DNA of 64,000 nucleotides, taken from assembly GCA_039831155.1 (NCBI GenBank), contig JBDONT010000041.1, forward strand, positions 1 to 64,000. The letters are read 5' to 3'. Position 1 is the stretch's first letter. Every line of letters starts with the position of its first letter. The translations under genes were made by a program, and so were the position numbers. The notes beneath the pieces were generated by a model. It saw only the letters and a list, made by a program, of their open reading frames with translations, did not search any database and was not told the DNA's origin. This stretch comes from Nautiliaceae bacterium (GTDB taxonomy: Bacteria > Campylobacterota > Campylobacteria > Campylobacterales > Nautiliaceae). Below, piece by piece: positions 9,596-18,611 of the stretch.

Positions 9596-11632
9596 ATGAA
9601 AACAATAAAAAGTGAAATGATAAAACTATTCCTACTTTCGGGAATAGGACTTTTTATTTTACTTTACGTATTTTATAAATCGGTAACTTATTTTATAATA
9701 CAGCAAGAATATCAAAAAGTGAAACTGCTAGTTCATACTCTTGTTTATACTAGAGATTATTTAGCAAAATTAGCTCCTTACGTAGAACTGAAAAGTAACT
9801 ATTTTCATCCTTTTGCCATTACACCCGCTTATGTTGTGGGACAAATAACCGCTATGATAAAAGAAGACGAACATTTCGAAATAAGACAAACTTCCGACAG
9901 ATATAGAGATATTTTAAACAAAGCTTCAAAATATGATTTGGAAGCCATAGAATTTTTAAAAAAACATCCTCAAAAAGAGGATTATTTCGTTTTAAAAAAT
10001 ATAAACGATAGAGAGTATTTTTTTTACGCATATCCTTTAAGAGTGGAAAAAAATTGCCTTAAATGTCACGGAAATATTAAAGAAATTCCGCAAGAGCTTT
10101 ATAAAAAACTAATAAAATACTATGGAAACAGAGCATTCGGTTATAAACTCGGAGAATTAAGAGGTATTATTTCTATTAAATTTCCTTTTAATGTAGTAAA
10201 GGAAAAAATTAATAGATTGTTTTTAAAATTAGCTCTTTTTTTACTTGTAATTTATATTATAGGAATAATCGTTTTTTTGAGAATCAATTCTTTAATACTA
10301 AAAGATATCAAAAAGATAAACTCTTTTATGAAAGAAAATTTAAGCAAAAATATTTTTAGACCTATGAAAGAAAAATTTTTCTTTATCGAATTCGAATTAA
10401 TTAAAAATCAAATTAATGAAACGGTCAAATCTATTAAAACGTTTAAAAGAGAATCTTATAATAATATGTATTACAATAACTTAACAGGTTATCCCAATAG
10501 AATTAAATTAAAAGAAGTCTTAAAACGAAAAAAAACTCCCATTATAGTAATAGATATAGATTCTTTTAAAGAGATAAACTATTTTTACGGAGAAAACTTT
10601 GCGGATACTTTAATCTTACAAGTAGCTAAAAGGTTGGAAAAATTAAACCCTTTTCATACTAAAATAGATCAATTCGTAATTTTAAGTAAAATAAGAAACA
10701 AAGACGAAATTTACAACTTTTCAAAAAAAGTATTAGAAATATTGGAAGAACCTTATATAATATATGGAATAAAAATCTTTGTAAAATTCAGAATAGGTAT
10801 TTCATTTTGCAAAAAAGAGTTTAAAGAAGCGGTAACCGCTTTAGAATCGACAAGATTTTTAAATAAAGATATAGTCTTCGCCTCGGAAGTGGAACATTTA
10901 AAAAAACAATCGAAACAACATTTGGAATGGATTAAGAAATTAAAAGATGCGATAAAAGAAGATAGAATAATACCCCATTTCCAACCTATAGTGAATAAAG
11001 AATTAAAAGTTTGCAAATATGAAGTTTTAATGAGAATAAAAGACGAAAAAGGAAAAATAATTTCTCCGAGTGTGTTTTTGGAAGTTGCTAAAAAATCACG
11101 TCTTTATTTTGATTTGATAAAAATTATGCTTAATAAGGTTTTTGATATTTTTGAAACTAATAATAAAGAATTTTCTTTAAACTTAACTATGTTGGATATG
11201 CAAAATAAAGAAATTAGAAACTTTATAATAGAAAAACTTAAAACTTTTCCGGAACCTTCAAGAGTGAACTTCGAAATAGTCGAGAGTGAAGATATAAAAA
11301 AATCGGAAGAAACATTCGAATTTATCAAACAATTAAAATCTTTCGGTTGCAAAATCTTAATAGACGATTTCGGAAGCGGGTATGCTAATTTCGATTATCT
11401 CTTTTTATTAAACGCCAACGGGATAAAAATAGACGGAAGTCTAATAAGAAATATTTTAAACGATAGAAACTCTCAAATTATCGTTAAGACGATAATTGCT
11501 TTTGCAAAAGAGGTTAATATGCAAGTAATTGCCGAATATGTCGAAACAAAAGAGATTTTCGAGTATTTAAAATCTTTAGGAGTTGATTGTTTTCAGGGGC
11601 ATTTTTATTCACCTTCAAAAGAGAATTTATAA
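9596..11632 (+). CDS. Membrane sensor: periplasmic DUF3365-like heme-c domain, degenerate GGDEF and EAL (c-di-GMP phosphodiesterase)
   Basis: Two TM segments flank a domain with CLKCH; LTGYPNR and DIDSFKEIN but TKIDQF replaces GGDEF; EVLMR, DDFGSGY, KIDGS, AEYVET. ATG 9596 chosen over TTG 9575. Confidence 0.85.
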   Translation: MKTIKSEMIKLFLLSGIGLFILLYVFYKSVTYFIIQQEYQKVKLLVHTLVYTRDYLAKLAPYVELKSNYFHPFAITPAYVVGQITAMIKEDEHFEIRQTSDRYRDILNKASKYDLEAIEFLKKHPQKEDYFVLKNINDREYFFYAYPLRVEKNCLKCHGNIKEIPQELYKKLIKYYGNRAFGYKLGELRGIISIKFPFNVVKEKINRLFLKLALFLLVIYIIGIIVFLRINSLILKDIKKINSFMKENLSKNIFRPMKEKFFFIEFELIKNQINETVKSIKTFKRESYNNMYYNNLTGYPNRIKLKEVLKRKKTPIIVIDIDSFKEINYFYGENFADTLILQVAKRLEKLNPFHTKIDQFVILSKIRNKDEIYNFSKKVLEILEEPYIIYGIKIFVKFRIGISFCKKEFKEAVTALESTRFLNKDIVFASEVEHLKKQSKQHLEWIKKLKDAIKEDRIIPHFQPIVNKELKVCKYEVLMRIKDEKGKIISPSVFLEVAKKSRLYFDLIKIMLNKVFDIFETNNKEFSLNLTMLDMQNKEIRNFIIEKLKTFPEPSRVNFEIVESEDIKKSEETFEFIKQLKSFGCKILIDDFGSGYANFDYLFLLNANGIKIDGSLIRNILNDRNSQIIVKTIIAFAKEVNMQVIAEYVETKEIFEYLKSLGVDCFQGHFYSPSKENL

Positions 11633-11663
11633 TTTGATATAATTTCGTAAAAAAGGATAGTTT

Positions 11664-12827
11664 ATGTTTGAAAAGCTGGTTGAAAATATTAAAGGGTATA
11701 AAAAGCCACTTGCATTCGGAATAGCAAGAGTGGATTTTGGGCAAGTGAATCGTAATAAAGTTCTTCAAGCTACGTACCCTTTAATTAATTGGAATGAAAA
11801 CTTAGGAAGTGCCGCCGTATTTATTAAAAGTTTAATTGATAACGGAATTGATGTTGATTTTAGCGATTCTGAATTTGTAGCTCCCGTAACAAAAGAGTTT
11901 GTTAATACCGCTCTTGAATATTTCGGAGAAGAACTTGTAAATGAAGCAAAAGGAGATAAACATAAAAATATTCAAGTTCTAAAAGTTTTAAAAGAGATTT
12001 TTGATGATGAGGTAATGGATAATTATAGAATCTGCTTTTTATTCGAAGATACAAATCCAAAAAGCGTTGAAGCTGTTTATTTAAAATTATATGCTCTATC
12101 TCAAAGAAAAGTTCCTTTAAGAAGTATTAATTTAAACGGAGCTTTTGGAATTCTTACAAACTGTGCGTGGGTTGGAAATGTTCCGATTGAGCTTGATTAT
12201 TTAAGAGAGAATGAAATTGAACTTAAATTAAAAGACGCTTATCCGGAAGTTGAATATGTGGATAAATTCCCAAGATTTTTATCTCATATCATTCCGGACG
12301 ATAATACAAGAATTTTGGATACTGCAAAAGTTAGAATGGGAGCTCAACTTGCAGCCGGAACTACAGTAATGCCCGGAGCTAGTTATATTAACTTTAATGC
12401 CGGTACTGAAGGCCCTGTAATGGTTGAAGGTAGAATAAGCTCATCTGCCGTTGTAAAAGAGGGTGCGGATGTAGGTGGAGGAGCTTCAATTTTAGGAGTA
12501 TTATCCGGAACAAATGGAAATCCTATTACAATCGGTAAAAACACTCTTCTTGGAGCAAATTCCGTTACCGGAATTCCTCTAGGAGACGGATGTATTGTAG
12601 ATGCCGGAATAGCAGTGCTTGAAGGTACTAAAATTTGGATAAGTGAAGATGAATTTGAAAAAATCAAAGAAGTAAATCCGGAATGGAAAGCCGAATATAA
12701 AGAGTATTTCAAAGGTTTAGAGCTTGCTGGACTTAACGGTATTCATTACAGATTTGATACAACAAAAGGAAAAATGATAGCATTTAGAAGCAGACGTGAA
12801 GTAAAATTAAACGAAGAGCTTCACTAA
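11664..12827 (+). CDS. dapD: Tetrahydrodipicolinate N-succinyltransferase (Campylobacter/actinobacterial type)
   Basis: VDKFPR, VRMGAQLAAGTTVM, NFNAGT, VEGRISS, GGGASILGVLSG; TGATATAAT at 11635-11643 upstream. Confidence 0.92.
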   Translation: MFEKLVENIKGYKKPLAFGIARVDFGQVNRNKVLQATYPLINWNENLGSAAVFIKSLIDNGIDVDFSDSEFVAPVTKEFVNTALEYFGEELVNEAKGDKHKNIQVLKVLKEIFDDEVMDNYRICFLFEDTNPKSVEAVYLKLYALSQRKVPLRSINLNGAFGILTNCAWVGNVPIELDYLRENEIELKLKDAYPEVEYVDKFPRFLSHIIPDDNTRILDTAKVRMGAQLAAGTTVMPGASYINFNAGTEGPVMVEGRISSSAVVKEGADVGGGASILGVLSGTNGNPITIGKNTLLGANSVTGIPLGDGCIVDAGIAVLEGTKIWISEDEFEKIKEVNPEWKAEYKEYFKGLELAGLNGIHYRFDTTKGKMIAFRSRREVKLNEELH

Positions 12828-12925
12828 TTCCTTTTTTTAAGGAAAAAATTAAAAGCAAAAGTCTGTTTTTTTTGGTATAATTTCGAACTTAAATTTTGCA
12901 TCTAAAATTCAATAAAGGAAATAGT

Positions 12926-13111
12926 ATGGCAAGAAAATGTGAAATCTGTGGTAAAGGTCCACAATTCGGAAATAGAGTAAGCCACTCAAATAGAAAAACC
13001 AGACATAAATTCAGTCCGAACATTCAAAATGTTAGAATTGAAATTAACGGTGTAAGAAGAAGAATTAAAATTTGTACAAGCTGTCTAAAAAGCTTGAAAA
13101 AATCAGTATAA
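12926..13111 (+). CDS. rpmB: 50S ribosomal protein L28
   Basis: MARKCEICGKGPQFGNRVSHS...PNIQ...ICTSCL; SD AAGGA before ATG 12926. Confidence 0.96.
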   Translation: MARKCEICGKGPQFGNRVSHSNRKTRHKFSPNIQNVRIEINGVRRRIKICTSCLKSLKKSV

Positions 13112-13133
13112 TTTCCCCTCTCGCGGGGTTAAA

Positions 13134-14276
13134 ATGAATGAACCTATCGAAAATTTTTTTAAAAAACTAGCTAATTTCTTACATTGGCAAAGAAGTCCTA
13201 AACCTGAAGTTGATTTATCTTCCGAAATATGGGGAGAGCTTAAACCTTTCAGAACTCCTATTATTCTTACTATTTTAATTACACTTTTTGGAACGTTAGG
13301 TTATATATGGATTGATAATTTTTCTTTAATGGATGCTATTTATCAAACCGGTATTACTTTTACAACGGTAGGATTTGGGGAAATAGCTCCGATTTCGCCT
13401 CTTGGGAGATTGTTTACTATATTTTTAATTATTGCCGGTTTCGCTATTTTTTCTTATGCTGTGGGGATTTTAGTTGAAGTTATAAATAAAGGCCGGCTTT
13501 TAGCACTGCTTAAGGAGAATAGAATGTTATATAAAATAGCCAGACTTAAAAACCATATGGTGATATGTTATCATAACGATTATACCGTAGAACTTACAAA
13601 AGAACTTAGAAAAGCCCATATTTCTTTTGTTGTTATAGATAATAGTGAAAATTTAGAAGGGATTGCGAAAAAATACAAATACCCATATTTTGTAAAAGCA
13701 GACCCTCATACTACTCTTGCTATAAAAAAAGCTCACTTAAGCAGTGCAAAAGGTGTAATTACGTTATCTAAAAACGTAACGGATAATATTGCCGTTGTAA
13801 GTTCGGTTAGACTTTATGAAAAAGATTTAAAAAGACAGCCTTATTATATTTTATCCGTTGCTAATTCTGATGAAGAAATAGAAAAACTAGTAAGACTAGG
13901 AGCGAATGAAGTTCTCTCTCCTACTAAGCTTATAGCAAAACGTATGACGGCAGTTACCGTTGATCCGGATGTAAAGAATATTTTGGAAGAGTTTGTTTAT
14001 TCGGTTGATACTCCTTTGGATTTGGAAGAGATAACAGTTAGTAAAAAATCGTGGGTTGCTTATAAAAAACTAAAAGAAGTTCATTTAAGGGAACTTTTTA
14101 ACGTAACTATTGTGGGGATAAAAGAGGAAAACGGAAAATTTATACCTATTCCGAAAGGGGATGTAATATTAAAACCTAATGATGTTTTGCTTGTAATAGG
14201 TACGGGTAAAGATATGAGAAAAGCCAGAAAAGTAATAAGAAGTTCAAAAAAACCTAAAGAGATAGATTTTATATAG
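13134..14276 (+). CDS. Potassium channel family protein with TrkA-N/TrkA-C (RCK) domains
   Basis: TTVGFGE selectivity filter between two TM helices; C-terminal RCK domains. Confidence 0.9.
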   Translation: MNEPIENFFKKLANFLHWQRSPKPEVDLSSEIWGELKPFRTPIILTILITLFGTLGYIWIDNFSLMDAIYQTGITFTTVGFGEIAPISPLGRLFTIFLIIAGFAIFSYAVGILVEVINKGRLLALLKENRMLYKIARLKNHMVICYHNDYTVELTKELRKAHISFVVIDNSENLEGIAKKYKYPYFVKADPHTTLAIKKAHLSSAKGVITLSKNVTDNIAVVSSVRLYEKDLKRQPYYILSVANSDEEIEKLVRLGANEVLSPTKLIAKRMTAVTVDPDVKNILEEFVYSVDTPLDLEEITVSKKSWVAYKKLKEVHLRELFNVTIVGIKEENGKFIPIPKGDVILKPNDVLLVIGTGKDMRKARKVIRSSKKPKEIDFI

Positions 14277-14284
14277 GAGAAGAT

Positions 14285-15466
14285 ATGAAAAAGTTTAGAA
14301 TTACCCCTATTAACGGAGGAGTTTGTGCAGTAGATGGAATTTACGCCTCCGGAGTTAATGCAGGATTTAAAAAAGAGGGATTTGACTTAGGATTTATAAG
14401 AAGTGAAGAGGAAATGAACGTAGCTTATCTTTTCACTACCAACCGTTTTAGGGCGGCTCCTATTAAATACGTTTTGAAAAACAATATTACAACTAGCAAT
14501 TTTATTTTAGTCAATTCTAAAAACGCAAACGCTTTAACCGGAGACGAAGGGATTAAGGATATTGAAGAGATTTTAGGATATTTAGCGGATAAAATAGAAC
14601 TCAAAAATCCTATTATGAGTTCAACCGGTGTTATAGGTGTAAGACTTGATAAGAAAAAAATAAAATCGGGAGTCGATAAATTCGATTTTTCGCAAAAAGA
14701 TTCGACCAAATTCGCCAAAGCTATAATGACAACAGACTCTTTTCATAAAGAGATAGCTTTCGAAGTAGAAGGAGAGTTTGGAACGTTTAGAATAGGTGGA
14801 GTGGCTAAAGGTGCCGGGATGATAAACCCTCAAATGGCTACGATGCTTTGCTTTATTACAACCGATGCAAATATTCCTCAAGATGAAATGATAGAGGCTT
14901 TAAAAGAAGTAAATGAAAAAAGTTTTAACGCTATTAGTGTAGACGGAGACACTTCTACAAATGACAGTGTGTTTTTAATGAGTACGAAAAAAGCTCCTTA
15001 TGACAAAGAGGCTTTTAGAGAAGCTTTAAAACAGGTTATGTTAAAACTAGCCCTTGATATCGTAAAAGACGGAGAAGGTGCTACAAAATTGGTAGCTTTT
15101 AAAGTAAGTGGGGCAAAAACTAAACAAGAAGCAAAAATAGCGGCAAAAGCTTTGATAAACTCTTTACTTATGAAAACGGCTCTTTTTGGGGAAGACCCTA
15201 ACTGGGGAAGAATAGCTTCTACTATAGGTGCTAGCGGAGTTGAGTGTGATGAAAACAGACTTAGTATTAAAATAGGGGATGTTTTAGTGTATGATAAAGG
15301 AAATATACTCTTTACAAAAGAGATAGAAGAAAAAGCTCATCAAGTAATGAAAAAGGACTCTTTTTCTATTAGTGTGGATTTAGGGGTAGGGAACGGAAAG
15401 TTTACGGCTTATGGATGTGATTTGAGTTATGATTATGTAAAAATCAATGCAGAGTATAGAACTTAA
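14285..15466 (+). CDS. argJ: Bifunctional ornithine acetyltransferase/N-acetylglutamate synthase
   Basis: STGVIG, AIMTTD, KGAGMINPQMATML, DGDTSTND, DGEGATK, DPNWGRI, INAEYRT. Confidence 0.97.
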   Translation: MKKFRITPINGGVCAVDGIYASGVNAGFKKEGFDLGFIRSEEEMNVAYLFTTNRFRAAPIKYVLKNNITTSNFILVNSKNANALTGDEGIKDIEEILGYLADKIELKNPIMSSTGVIGVRLDKKKIKSGVDKFDFSQKDSTKFAKAIMTTDSFHKEIAFEVEGEFGTFRIGGVAKGAGMINPQMATMLCFITTDANIPQDEMIEALKEVNEKSFNAISVDGDTSTNDSVFLMSTKKAPYDKEAFREALKQVMLKLALDIVKDGEGATKLVAFKVSGAKTKQEAKIAAKALINSLLMKTALFGEDPNWGRIASTIGASGVECDENRLSIKIGDVLVYDKGNILFTKEIEEKAHQVMKKDSFSISVDLGVGNGKFTAYGCDLSYDYVKINAEYRT

Positions 15467-15486
15467 AAAATTTTTTCTTTTTTCTC

Positions 15487-15515
15487 TTGATTTTTGGAAA
15501 AAGTTTTATTATAAT
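15487..15515 (+). promoter_or_regulatory. Sigma-70 promoter of the tRNA pair
   Basis: TTGATT (15487-92), 17 nt, TATAAT (15510-15). Confidence 0.6.
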
Positions 15516-15531
15516 TTCAGCACTTAAACAT

Positions 15532-15607
15532 TCCGGCGTAGCTCAGTCGGTAGAGCAGACGGCTGTTAACCGTCGGGTCAGAGGTTCGAGTCCTCTCGCC
15601 GGAGCCA
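15532..15607 (+). tRNA. tRNA-Asn (GTT)
   Basis: Cloverleaf: TCCGGCG acceptor stem, anticodon arm GACGG-CTGTTAA-CCGTC, GGTTCGAGTCC T-arm, encoded CCA. Confidence 0.97.
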
Positions 15608-15663
15608 TTCAAGTTTAACTATTTTAGTGTTTGACACTATTTTCTTCTATATTCCACGCATAT

Positions 15664-15740
15664 GCCGGCGTAGCTCAGTTGGCTAGAGCAGCTGATTTGT
15701 AATCAGCAGGTCGGGGGTTCGAGTCCCTTCGCCGGCTCCA
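15664..15740 (+). tRNA. tRNA-Thr (TGT)
   Basis: GCCGGCG acceptor stem, anticodon arm GCTGA-TTTGTAA-TCAGC, GGTTCGAGTCC, encoded CCA. Confidence 0.97.
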
Positions 15741-15741
15741 T

Positions 15742-16557
15742 TTATATAATAGACAAATACCTCTCAATCCCATCGGGTGCTAGTGTTAGTACGTCTTTAA
15801 AATTTTGAGAAGCTAATATGTTTGCCGCAGTTGAGATACCTCCGGTTATTCCTAAGTTAGGTAGTTTTTTAAATAGTTTAATTGCTTCTTCGTCATCTAC
15901 TAAAACAACATCGTCAATTAAATTTAAATCAAGTATTTTAGGAATAAACCCGGCACCTATGCCTTGAATTTTGTGTGGTTTAACGGGTAGAGTTTTATTT
16001 TTTAGTTTGTTGTAAATTACAGGGGAGTTTATAGACTCTACGGCTATAATTTTAGTTCCTAAAGGTTTTAATATTTTTGCTATTCCACTAATGCTTCCTC
16101 CACTTCCTACGGCACATACGAAATATTTGGGAATGCTTGTTTGAGAAATTATCTCAAGTCCTGTTATCTCTTGAGAAGAAGGGTTTAGAGGGTTTTCAAA
16201 TTGGTTTGTATAATAGGCGTTGTTTTCTTTTACGTATTTTTTAGCTTCTTTTATGGCGTCGTTTATGTTTCCGTCAGTAAGTATTAAATTAGCTCCGTAT
16301 AGTTTTAAGAGTTTTTGTCTTTCTATCGAGAAGCTTTTTGGCATAAATATAGTTGCTTTTATATTAAATTTTTTGGCGTAAAAAGCCAGTGCGATTCCAG
16401 TGTTTCCACTTGTAACTTCCACTATTTCTTTATACCCTTTTAAAAAAGCCTCTTTACACATAAACAGAGCCGGTCTGTCTTTTGTGCTTCCTGCCGGGTT
16501 TTTGTATTCAAGTTTTATTTTTATGTTGTTTAGTTCAAAAATTGGGGTGTTAAACAT
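15742..16557 (-). CDS. PLP-dependent cysteine synthase family protein (CysK/CysM-like)
   Basis: KLEYKNPAGSTKDR, TSGNTGIALA, NQFENP, GSGGS, HKIQGIGAGFIP, ERYLS; short at 271 aa. Confidence 0.88.
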   Translation of the reverse strand: MFNTPIFELNNIKIKLEYKNPAGSTKDRPALFMCKEAFLKGYKEIVEVTSGNTGIALAFYAKKFNIKATIFMPKSFSIERQKLLKLYGANLILTDGNINDAIKEAKKYVKENNAYYTNQFENPLNPSSQEITGLEIISQTSIPKYFVCAVGSGGSISGIAKILKPLGTKIIAVESINSPVIYNKLKNKTLPVKPHKIQGIGAGFIPKILDLNLIDDVVLVDDEEAIKLFKKLPNLGITGGISTAANILASQNFKDVLTLAPDGIERYLSII

Positions 16558-17533
16558 TTTTTTCTCCTAGCCACATATTTATACTTAAATTTTGAATAAA
16601 CGGGATTTTGTGAGAATTTATAAGTATAGATTTAAGAGGAGTTTTGTTTATTTTTTCTAAAAATTTTAAAAATTTGAACTCTTTTAAAAATCTTTTATTC
16701 CATTCGTTTTGATAATTTTTTTTATGCAAAATTGCATTTGCAAGAATTTTTGCCGAGTGCATAGCGTAATAAATTCCTTCAAAACTTAAAGGCATCACCT
16801 GGCCGGCCGCATCTCCTACGAAATAGACGTTTTTGTGTTGGATGATAATATTTTCTTCCCAAGTTGGAATTTTGTAGCCTTTGGGTTTTAGATTTATATT
16901 TAAATATTTGCATAAATTTAAAAAATTTTCTTTCTTTACGCTTCCTATGTGAGTTGAGTTTTCCTTAGGAAAAGCCCAACCGTAAAATTCACCTCCTAAC
17001 TCTTTGTCAAAAAAGAACTTACAAGTTTGGGTTTTGTATTTTGATGTAATTCCATAATGGGTTATGGTGTAAGGAATAGGAGGTAGGTTTAATAGTTTTC
17101 TTGTAGTTGAATTAACTCCGTCAGCTGCTATTAAGATATCGAATTCAAACGGAACTAACTCTTTGTTAAATTCTATAAAGGCTCTGTTTTCTGTAATTTT
17201 TTTTAATCTTCCGTAAAAGAGTTTGGCTCCTCTTATTTGTGCTAATTTTCTTAAATAGGCGTCAAACTCTTTTCTGTTTACTATAGAGAGATTTTTTCCT
17301 TTTAAATCTATGGGGATTATAGAATTTTTATAAATCATTTCTATTTTTGAAAAAGAGTGCTTTATGAGTTTTTTATCTAAGTTAAATTCTTCAAACAGTT
17401 TGGTTTTTACACCTCCTCCACATGGTTTGTCAAAATCTTTTTTGTATTGGATTAAAGTTACGTCAAAAAAGGGAGAGAGTTCTTTAGCCGTTATGCTTCC
17501 GGCCGGACCTCCACCTATGATTAGGATTTTCAC
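16550..17533 (-). CDS. Geranylgeranyl reductase family FAD-dependent oxidoreductase
   Basis: GGGPAG, KPCGGG, RKEFDAYL, ADGVNS, YGWAFPK, VGDAAG...EGIYYA. Confidence 0.85.
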   Translation of the reverse strand: MKILIIGGGPAGSITAKELSPFFDVTLIQYKKDFDKPCGGGVKTKLFEEFNLDKKLIKHSFSKIEMIYKNSIIPIDLKGKNLSIVNRKEFDAYLRKLAQIRGAKLFYGRLKKITENRAFIEFNKELVPFEFDILIAADGVNSTTRKLLNLPPIPYTITHYGITSKYKTQTCKFFFDKELGGEFYGWAFPKENSTHIGSVKKENFLNLCKYLNINLKPKGYKIPTWEENIIIQHKNVYFVGDAAGQVMPLSFEGIYYAMHSAKILANAILHKKNYQNEWNKRFLKEFKFLKFLEKINKTPLKSILINSHKIPFIQNLSINMWLGEKNV

Positions 17534-17973
17534 TGTGCTTTATCCTTTTTGTAGTTAAAAGGAAGGGAGGAGTTTTTTTCTTTTAAGATTTCTACTGCAG
17601 CCCAGTTGGCTTCTTTGTAATGAAGTTTAAAATTAGGAAGTGTATTTAGTTTAGAAAGAGGCATTAATTTTACGTTTGTGAGATGATGAGTTTTTATAAA
17701 TTCTTCTACGTGTTTTTTAGATAAAAAAAAGTAGCTTACGAGAATATATCCTAAATATACGGTTACGAATATAATCTGAGCTATTTTAAACTCTTTTTTT
17801 CTAAACGAGGCGAAGAAAAAGAAAATAATAATTATAAAATAGATTAAGTTAAATTTATTTAAAGCAAAAAGAGCGAATATTTTTATATTCGCTTCGGTTG
17901 ATGTTAAAAGAAACTTAAGTACATACGGAACAAAAAAACCGATAATAGATATTATAATAAAAACAGCGTTCAT
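17530..17973 (-). CDS. Hypothetical membrane protein
   Basis: 147 aa, 3 hydrophobic segments, overlaps both neighbours in operon fashion. Confidence 0.6.
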   Translation of the reverse strand: MNAVFIIISIIGFFVPYVLKFLLTSTEANIKIFALFALNKFNLIYFIIIIFFFFASFRKKEFKIAQIIFVTVYLGYILVSYFFLSKKHVEEFIKTHHLTNVKLMPLSKLNTLPNFKLHYKEANWAAVEILKEKNSSLPFNYKKDKAQ

Positions 17974-18242
17974 TAGATTGGAAATACTCTGATTTTATCG
18001 GTATTTAGATTTTTTCTAAGGGTTTCTTCAATAGCAAAAAGCGTTGCACCTCCGGCACTGCTACACGCTGCACAAGCCCCTCCGTAACGAATGAAAACGT
18101 GAGTTTCTCCGTTACTTTCTCTTACGTCCAATACTTCTGCATATCCACCGTCAAAAGCAAGCATTGGTAAAATGTCCTTTTTTATAACTTCTTCTATCGC
18201 CTCTATTTTTTCTTTTAAGTTCATTTCTTCAAAATTTTTCAT
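17973..18242 (-). CDS. NifU C-terminal (Nfu) domain protein
   Basis: LPMLAFDGG...GGACAACSS (CxxC), TL.AIE..L. Confidence 0.88.
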   Translation of the reverse strand: MKNFEEMNLKEKIEAIEEVIKKDILPMLAFDGGYAEVLDVRESNGETHVFIRYGGACAACSSAGGATLFAIEETLRKNLNTDKIRVFPI

Positions 18243-18287
18243 TTAAATCCTTTTTTTATTTCAATATATCTAAAATTTTTTAAAATA

Positions 18288-18611
18288 TCAAGTAAGCTTT
18301 ACCCCGAATCTAATCGGTCCATGTGCTCCAAATACCAAAAAACTCTCAACATCTGCCGTTTTACTAGGACCTGATATAAAAACTCCGGGACTATCAATAA
18401 GCTCCATTGCCTCTTGCATAGTTTTTACAAACCTTTTTGGCATCTTTACCGCAACTTTTTCGCTTAAAAAAAGCTCTTTTTTATACTCCCTAACCCAGAT
18501 AGCCCCGTTTTCTACAATTCCAAACTCAGCCTCACTCACATACCATCCATCTGGAATTTCTTCTAAAACCTCTCCTCCAGCGAGTTTTAGGTTTTTTATA
18601 AATTCATCCAT
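18288..18611 (-). CDS. lutC: LUD-domain lactate utilization protein C (compact)
   Basis: GIVENGAI, FISGPSKTADVE, GAHGP; follows lutB. Confidence 0.8.
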   Translation of the reverse strand: MDEFIKNLKLAGGEVLEEIPDGWYVSEAEFGIVENGAIWVREYKKELFLSEKVAVKMPKRFVKTMQEAMELIDSPGVFISGPSKTADVESFLVFGAHGPIRFGVKLT

